Origin: a virus
IMG/VR virus record: IMGVR_UViG_3300017743_000005
Location: 2,804 to 66,803 of that record
Length of the DNA stretch: 64,000 nt
Strand: one strand, 5' to 3'
Part shown: positions 58,550 to 64,000 of the stretch, piece after piece
How the letters are laid out: the number at the start of each line of letters is the position of its first letter
How positions within the stretch are numbered: position 1 is the stretch's first letter
Notes under the pieces: generated by a model
Databases searched by the model: none
Seen by the model: the letters and a program-made list of their open reading frames with translations, nothing else
What the model was told of the DNA's origin: nothing
Made by a program: the position numbers and the translations under genes

Positions 58550-61500
58550 TTATCCATCTATAAATACTCTGGTACTTAATAATGTTGGCAATCTTGATCG
58601 TAAATTTGCCAAACTTCCCTGTTGTGCAGGTCTAGATGTTGTAATATATGGATCATGGTGTACATGACTTGATAACCAACCACACAAAGCACTTAACCAA
58701 TCAACTGTATTATTACCCTTCAAGACCGGGTGCCTCCGTGTGATATATGCACCAAGATGTATTGTAGGAGAAATTACAGAAGTGTGAGTTTTGGTTTCTG
58801 TAACGAACCTATCGATACAATTCATTGTTATCTCATCATCAGTTGCTACAAAGAATTTCTTTTTTGCGTAAATACCAGTTTCTTGTGTTTTGGAAGAAAT
58901 CAATATTCTTTCTGAATTGATAATTATTTGATTTCCTGTTAGTGCTGGTAGTTGCTTTCCAAAAATAACCTTTGCCTCCGATGCCTCTTTGAGAACTTTT
59001 TTTTCAAGTTTTGATAAATTAGAATTTAGATTTTTCTTTTTTGCCTGCTTTGCCTGTTGGATGGAGTTGTTAACCTTATCAGTATCTTTTAATGTGTCTA
59101 AATCTTCCGGATGGAGTAGTGAAACTGCATTCATGTCTGCATTTTCTATGGGTGTTCCCTTTAACGACTCACGTGTAATTGTTTCACCTGTGTGGAATGA
59201 CTTTACTTCATCTGGATCTTGTGGAGTCGGTGTTACATTGTTAGGTTTTGTAGTTTGTGTTTTCTTAGACCTAACCCCACTACTTACCGAATCGTTGTTT
59301 TTTGAAAACTCAGAGTCTTCTCCACCAAGTTGTTCTTCAGTTTTGTTGGATTTTGATCTATCGTTGTCATCTACACCGTCTGTATTATATTCTACACCCG
59401 AAGTATCTGTCTCATACGACACTCCTTTTTTTGAACTTGTCTGATTTGGGTTGGTTATCTCAGTCTTCTCTGAAGTTTTTATTGTTGAAGATTCTTTTAA
59501 GGTTTCTGTCTTACCAGAAGGTGTTTCTATTTTAGATCCTGGTGTTGCAGTTACCTGTGTTCCTGCAGGAACACTTAGTGTTGCTGGATTATTTCCGTTT
59601 TTAATATCTTGTCTAGTTTCAAGTGTTGATCCGGATGCAAGAGTTACTGATGAGTTTGCCTGTACTTGTGTTGTTTTCGTTGAGTTGGTTATTGTTGACC
59701 CGTGTGAAGTTGTGAGTTGTGTCCCACTCTGTAGTTCAACACTCTTTGTGGGGATTCCGTTGCTATTGATTGTTGTTGGTTTTGATCCACCCCCACTTAT
59801 AGTTCCACCGAAACTCGCACCAAGTTTACCCACTCCACCTTGATTGTACTGAATACCAGATGACGAGTCAGTTTGGTAACTTATTCCAGACGAACCAATG
59901 TTACCAGAATTTGATGATTGTTGCAGTGTTCCATTTCCTGAACTCTGTGAAGTTCCGTCTTTGTCTCTATATAATCCTGTCATTGGATCAAATGTCATGG
60001 TTGCTACTTCTTCGTTGCCCTTTTGTAAGGATGCAAATCCCGATACCCCCCCTCCACCTTTAAGTGATGCACCAAGATCGTCAAAATCAGAACCAAGAGC
60101 AGAAAATTGCTGATCAAAGTCAGTATGATTTTTAGCATATGCACCGTATGTTCCATCGTTTTTCATTTGCGAACCCAGTTGCTGAGTTGCGAGTTTACTG
60201 AGTTCTGTATCTAAGGTTCCTGTTAGTGAGTTTCCCCACTCTATTTGGTTAACGAAATCACACAAATCAAACAAAAAATCCTTTAAACTGAATCCAAGTA
60301 AAAAACCAAGTGCAAATTTTAAGTTTCTAAGTTTATCAAAAATTGACATTAATATTCCAAGCAATGCAATGTTAATTCCAAATGATAATAACCAACCAAG
60401 AGATTCTTCTGTTTTTGATCCGTGTGTTCCTTTCTTTTTATCAAGAAGTCCACATATCGCAAGAATTCCCATTGACGCAAGTTTAAAAATTTTAAACATA
60501 AAACTATCTTCAGACTTTATTCCAATGTCACTTAGTCCAGGAACATCTATACCAAGAGATGAAGCAGCTGAGAGTGCTGATCCTGCTGGTGTTCCACCCA
60601 ATACATTTTGTGCAACTTTATTTGATCCCGCAACCGATCCTATGATACCTGTCTCGAATGTTTGGTTGAGTTTAAAGTTACCCGAACCGATGTCTCCGAG
60701 AAAGTTTGCACGTTTTATTGAAGATGAAGAAACCGAACTTCCACCGGTCTTGGTTAAACCTCCACTTATTGCAATACCTGCTCCCAACAAAGCACCAGTT
60801 CCGAGTGATCCTTTCTTACTCCCCCCCGTACTTGCCATGTTTGTTTCAACACTCACTCCACTGTTTGCAGATCCAGAAACTAAGTTTGTTCCATTATTAG
60901 AGTTTGGTGTTTCTACAAATTTACTCGCAGTTTCAGAATCCATCTTTCCGAGTCTACCACCAACAACCCCACCATCCTCATCACCAATTGCCTCCTGTAG
61001 ACCAGATGTCATTGCCGATCCATGATCTCCTTTTGATGCGTGTTCTGCCATTTTTTGTTGTGTTGCATGACTTTCGTCAGGTACCACCAAATCATTCGTA
61101 TTATTTACTTCTTTTATATCCTCAGTTTTCTTATTACTTGGTGAACTTTTGGATTTTATTTTCTTTGTTCCAATTGATGAATTGGACAAACTTCCGAGTG
61201 ATGCAGATATTCCTGGATTTTTAACACGTTTAGGTTGCACCAACGAACGACCAAGTGTGTGAGTAAATTTCGATAATGTTCTTCCTGATGTTAATTGTAT
61301 AGATGATCCGTCACGATTTATGTCTTCAAGAATGGTATGTCCGTATTGAAGTTCCGACCCAATCAGTGGTCTTTGACGATTTCTTATTAAAATCATAGGG
61401 TTTCCTAGATTTCCACTATACGACTCTCCGTGTCCAGAGGAAGAGCCTATATCAAAAGAAGGTGAGTCTACAAAATTTCCGAATCGTATACTGCTACCAA

Positions 61501-62152
61501 ATCTGCTTTCAAGTATAGTGTCCCCTTCATAGTGACGAAGGGGTCTTATCATATTGTTTGCTTTAAAGTATTTACCAAGATGACTATTAATTTGATTGCT
61601 TACATATGAAACATTTGACTTATTCCGTGGAGAAGATAACACATCACTTTTGTTACGTGTTATCGGAGTACCATCTCCTGACATAATTTCGTGTCGGTAG
61701 TCTGCGTTATTATTTATAAAATTCTTATCGTTTAATCTACGGGAGTAATAAACAGTTTTCATGTACCTTGAAACGATTACAACTTCATTTATCAATGGAA
61801 ATTCCTTTATACCAGATTCAAGTGGGATTGCCCAACTCAATTGGTCTATCGGTAATTTTGTTTCACTATAGAGCATACGTATTCTTGCTCTGCCGATCCA
61901 CGATGCGTAATCTATGACCAACGGATCGTTAAATCCCTCTGGAAATTCTTCAGGTGAAACAAGTGGTCTTGTTTTTTTATCTTTAAAAACAGAGTGAGTT
62001 TCGTCACGAATTACGTCTACAACAACCGCAGGTTCTAATTCATAAAACAACAATGAATCATCTGGTTTATTTACTACAGATCTTCCACTTGCGAGGGTTT
62101 TTTTTGATGCCTCACTTGTTATTGAATTTTTTAAATAGTTAGTGAATGCCAT
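58550..62152 (-). CDS. Baseplate central spike (gp5/VgrG-like) with a large internal insertion
   Basis: N-terminal OB-like region (IGRARIR, WAIPL..FPLINEVV), EGDTILESRFGSSIRFG, C-terminal beta repeats (GNQIIINSERILIS) and HxH apex (SHVHH); adjacent to gp25. Confidence 0.7.
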   Translation of the reverse strand: MAFTNYLKNSITSEASKKTLASGRSVVNKPDDSLLFYELEPAVVVDVIRDETHSVFKDKKTRPLVSPEEFPEGFNDPLVIDYASWIGRARIRMLYSETKLPIDQLSWAIPLESGIKEFPLINEVVIVSRYMKTVYYSRRLNDKNFINNNADYRHEIMSGDGTPITRNKSDVLSSPRNKSNVSYVSNQINSHLGKYFKANNMIRPLRHYEGDTILESRFGSSIRFGNFVDSPSFDIGSSSGHGESYSGNLGNPMILIRNRQRPLIGSELQYGHTILEDINRDGSSIQLTSGRTLSKFTHTLGRSLVQPKRVKNPGISASLGSLSNSSIGTKKIKSKSSPSNKKTEDIKEVNNTNDLVVPDESHATQQKMAEHASKGDHGSAMTSGLQEAIGDEDGGVVGGRLGKMDSETASKFVETPNSNNGTNLVSGSANSGVSVETNMASTGGSKKGSLGTGALLGAGIAISGGLTKTGGSSVSSSSIKRANFLGDIGSGNFKLNQTFETGIIGSVAGSNKVAQNVLGGTPAGSALSAASSLGIDVPGLSDIGIKSEDSFMFKIFKLASMGILAICGLLDKKKGTHGSKTEESLGWLLSFGINIALLGILMSIFDKLRNLKFALGFLLGFSLKDFLFDLCDFVNQIEWGNSLTGTLDTELSKLATQQLGSQMKNDGTYGAYAKNHTDFDQQFSALGSDFDDLGASLKGGGGVSGFASLQKGNEEVATMTFDPMTGLYRDKDGTSQSSGNGTLQQSSNSGNIGSSGISYQTDSSSGIQYNQGGVGKLGASFGGTISGGGSKPTTINSNGIPTKSVELQSGTQLTTSHGSTITNSTKTTQVQANSSVTLASGSTLETRQDIKNGNNPATLSVPAGTQVTATPGSKIETPSGKTETLKESSTIKTSEKTEITNPNQTSSKKGVSYETDTSGVEYNTDGVDDNDRSKSNKTEEQLGGEDSEFSKNNDSVSSGVRSKKTQTTKPNNVTPTPQDPDEVKSFHTGETITRESLKGTPIENADMNAVSLLHPEDLDTLKDTDKVNNSIQQAKQAKKKNLNSNLSKLEKKVLKEASEAKVIFGKQLPALTGNQIIINSERILISSKTQETGIYAKKKFFVATDDEITMNCIDRFVTETKTHTSVISPTIHLGAYITRRHPVLKGNNTVDWLSALCGWLSSHVHHDPYITTSRPAQQGSLANLRSRLPTLLSTRVFIDG

Positions 62153-62570
62153 TCTCAGTTTCCTCTGTTATCTTCTTTTTTAAATCGTCTGAGGAAATAT
62201 TAGTTACACCTATTTTTTTTTCTTTAAGTTCAGTTAATTCCTTTTCAGCAGATTGTAAAAGTTCTTTTTTCTCTTCATCTGTTAGTGAGAAATCTCCCCC
62301 CGAATCGGAGTCTCCCCCACCTCCACCATTTATTATTCTTTGTAATACTGCTGATAATTTAACCAACTGATCATCGTTTTTTACACCAACATCAATATAG
62401 TCACGTATCATCGGTGCAATCACAGTTGCACTACCTGCGTCTTTCACCATTGTTCTTAAATCTTTTATTAGTTGATTAATTTGGTCTTTTTTGTGACTTG
62501 AATTAAAATATATATCCTTTACTAAAGAAGAAAATGTTTTTCCCTCGAAAATTTCTGTATCTTTGTCCAT
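62139..62570 (-). CDS. Helical hypothetical protein (possible small terminase-like)
   Basis: EIFEGKTFSSLVKDIY...VKNDDQLVKL; TATTTAT motif just upstream. Function is a guess. Confidence 0.55.
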   Translation of the reverse strand: MDKDTEIFEGKTFSSLVKDIYFNSSHKKDQINQLIKDLRTMVKDAGSATVIAPMIRDYIDVGVKNDDQLVKLSAVLQRIINGGGGGDSDSGGDFSLTDEEKKELLQSAEKELTELKEKKIGVTNISSDDLKKKITEETENGIH

Positions 62571-62599
62571 TGTATATAAATATAAATGTATATATTTTT

Positions 62600-63310
62600 T
62601 TAAAGTTCATCCAGTGATAATGATCCTTTTTCTAGGTATCTTGAATATAAATTAGATTGTATATCTTTCATTTTATTTACAACTTTTGTTATGTGTTGTG
62701 TTTTACAATTGGTCATCTCACGGATGAATAGATATAATGCTTTTTTATTAAAATTTTCAATTACATCAGATTTTCTGAATATCTCAAGGACTGCGTATGC
62801 GATTCTTTTTTCTTGCTCTTTTTTGTATATTTTATCTATATTGCTTTCGAGATGTTCTACCATTAATTTAATAAATTCAGTTAATTCTTTTCGTTTGGTT
62901 TCTGCACGTGGATTAAATGTTAATTCTTTTTGTTCATAAATTATTTCATCATCATCAACACTTGTGTGTCTCTTGAACTTTTTGTAATTTCCATTGTTGT
63001 ACAATATTAAAAAGTTTTTTGCTATTATACTGAAATACGAGAATGCTTTACCATTGTTTGCCTTATATTTGTGCATATTGCTTACTAAATTACTCACCAC
63101 TTCACGCTGAACATCCTCATGACTGCACTGAAAATATGAAAATTTAAATGTGTTTAATATGTTCTCTGCGAGTTTTTCAAATGCGTATTGAATATATGTC
63201 TCGTATATTTTATTACGTTCGTTCATGTCATCCGACCCATTATATAAAACTATATTATCTTCGGTTTCCTGTGTAAAGTACATTTTCTTTTTTGATTTTG
63301 CGCGTGCCAT
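62600..63310 (-). CDS. gp55: gp55-like late-transcription sigma factor
   Basis: KLAENIL..FKFSY and NGKAFSYFSIIAKN resemble the gp55 region-2 segment (NPFAYFT in T4-like phages). Confidence 0.65.
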   Translation of the reverse strand: MARAKSKKKMYFTQETEDNIVLYNGSDDMNERNKIYETYIQYAFEKLAENILNTFKFSYFQCSHEDVQREVVSNLVSNMHKYKANNGKAFSYFSIIAKNFLILYNNGNYKKFKRHTSVDDDEIIYEQKELTFNPRAETKRKELTEFIKLMVEHLESNIDKIYKKEQEKRIAYAVLEIFRKSDVIENFNKKALYLFIREMTNCKTQHITKVVNKMKDIQSNLYSRYLEKGSLSLDEL

Positions 63311-63562
63311 CTATTCTAGTTCCCTTTGTTTGAAGTCTTCTATTATTTTTTTTATTTCTTGAAAAGCAACTCCTACATCATCGTCTTTTTCAAAAATTTC
63401 ACGTTGATCAACGTTTTTTATTTTAGTATACACATCTTCAAACTTACTTCTTATATCAGTTGTCCAATTTTCATATATTATATTTTTTCTATATAAGTTA
63501 AATGAAGTATAAACCACTATTAACAAAAGTGATATCAAAAATATAAGTAGATATATATACAT
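63311..63562 (-). CDS. Small protein with N-terminal transmembrane helix
   Basis: MYIYLLIFLISLLLIVVYTSF; FEKDDDVG motif. Confidence 0.65.
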   Translation of the reverse strand: MYIYLLIFLISLLLIVVYTSFNLYRKNIIYENWTTDIRSKFEDVYTKIKNVDQREIFEKDDDVGVAFQEIKKIIEDFKQRELE

Positions 63563-63568
63563 TCCGAT

Positions 63569-63598
63569 ATAATAGTATACTATATATCAGTTTGTCAA
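63569..63598 (-). promoter_or_regulatory. Sigma70-like promoter (near-leaderless) for the gp55 operon
   Basis: TTGACA-N18-TATTAT, ending 6 nt before ATG 63562. Confidence 0.55.
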
Positions 63599-63604
63599 TA
63601 AAAA

Positions 63605-64000
63605 TTATTTATTACTATTATTATTTTCTTTAAACGGTACGTTTCCAAGTGTACTTCCTGGAATATATCGCTTCTTATAAACAATCTTTCCTTCGTATTT
63701 TTTATATGCGTCCATGCTTGTTTTTTTCCACGGAACATAATAAGGTCCACGTTGTCCACCTTCGTCATTGATGTTTTCAGTCGGAGTATCGTACATGGGA
63801 GTTGATACAGTTTCATCTATTATTTGTTTACTTTTTGAATTTGTGATGTGATTTATAGTGTCATTATTATTAATACTAACTATCGGAGTTGGTGTAGGAG
63901 TTTCTGTTGGAGTCGGTGTTGGTGTAGGAGTTTCTGTTGGAGTCGGTGTTGGTGTAGGAGTTTCTGTTGGAGTCGGTGTTGGTGTAGGAGTTTCTGTTGG
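63605..64000 (-). CDS. C-terminal end of a PT-repeat protein entering from beyond the window
   Basis: The frame of track ORF 63605..63796 stays open to the edge: (PTETPTPTPT)n-PIVSINNNDT...MYDTPTEN...NK*. Confidence 0.7.
   Translation of the reverse strand, partial: PTETPTPTPTPTETPTPTPTPTETPTPTPTPTETPTPTPIVSINNNDTINHITNSKSKQIIDETVSTPMYDTPTENINDEGGQRGPYYVPWKKTSMDAYKKYEGKIVYKKRYIPGSTLGNVPFKENNNSNK
63891..64000. repeat. Perfect 30-bp tandem repeat (at least 3.7 copies)
   Basis: ggtgtaggagtttctgttggagtcggtgtt at 63891, 63921, 63951 and 63981 (partial). Confidence 0.95.

Noticed and set aside
680-61800. Frequent CACGTG palindromes as a regulatory or methylation signal
   Set aside because: Plausibly explained by preferred CGT Arg codons in NCA-CGT-GNN contexts; enrichment cannot be shown without counting.
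63891-64000. CRISPR array
   Set aside because: The repeats are directly tandem without spacers and encode an in-frame Pro/Thr linker.
1-64000. Stop-codon reassignment as seen in some jumbo phages
   Set aside because: Core genes are full length in the standard code, and TAA, TAG and TGA all end genes at sensible positions.

Overview
This window is a 64-kb piece of an AT-rich, T4-related large myophage genome, and essentially all genes lie on the minus strand. In transcription order (right to left) it carries: a gp55-like late sigma factor; a baseplate/adhesin block (1200-aa gp5-like spike, gp25, gp6, a 3392-aa giant protein, LamG, FG-GAP/LysM/dockerin proteins); RuvC, primase and an Mre11-Rad50 (gp47/gp46) locus; a cluster of probable head-packaged enzymes (P-loop kinase, HIGH-like plus KxDG nucleotidyltransferase); terminase, portal, prohead protease, scaffold, major capsid, neck, sheath and tube; a gp26-like chaperone; and the start of a tape measure gene. 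The main unusual observations are: (1) an apparently fused Mre11-Rad50 gene is broken inside the nuclease domain by a GT9-like glycosyltransferase gene that overlaps both halves, with no intein or intron; (2) an unannotated gp51-like ORF with no usable start codon is reachable from the gp26-like gene by a +1 (or -2) frameshift at TTT-TTT-T; (3) the putative late promoter reads TATTTAT on the coding strand, the reverse complement of the T4 TATAAATA motif, alongside sigma70 promoters giving near-leaderless mRNAs; (4) the spike protein has a large insert that may be membrane-active; (5) the baseplate proteins carry cellulosome-like modules. All product calls come from motif recognition by eye and gene order, not from database searches. 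I saw no CRISPR array, tRNA or stop-codon recoding.
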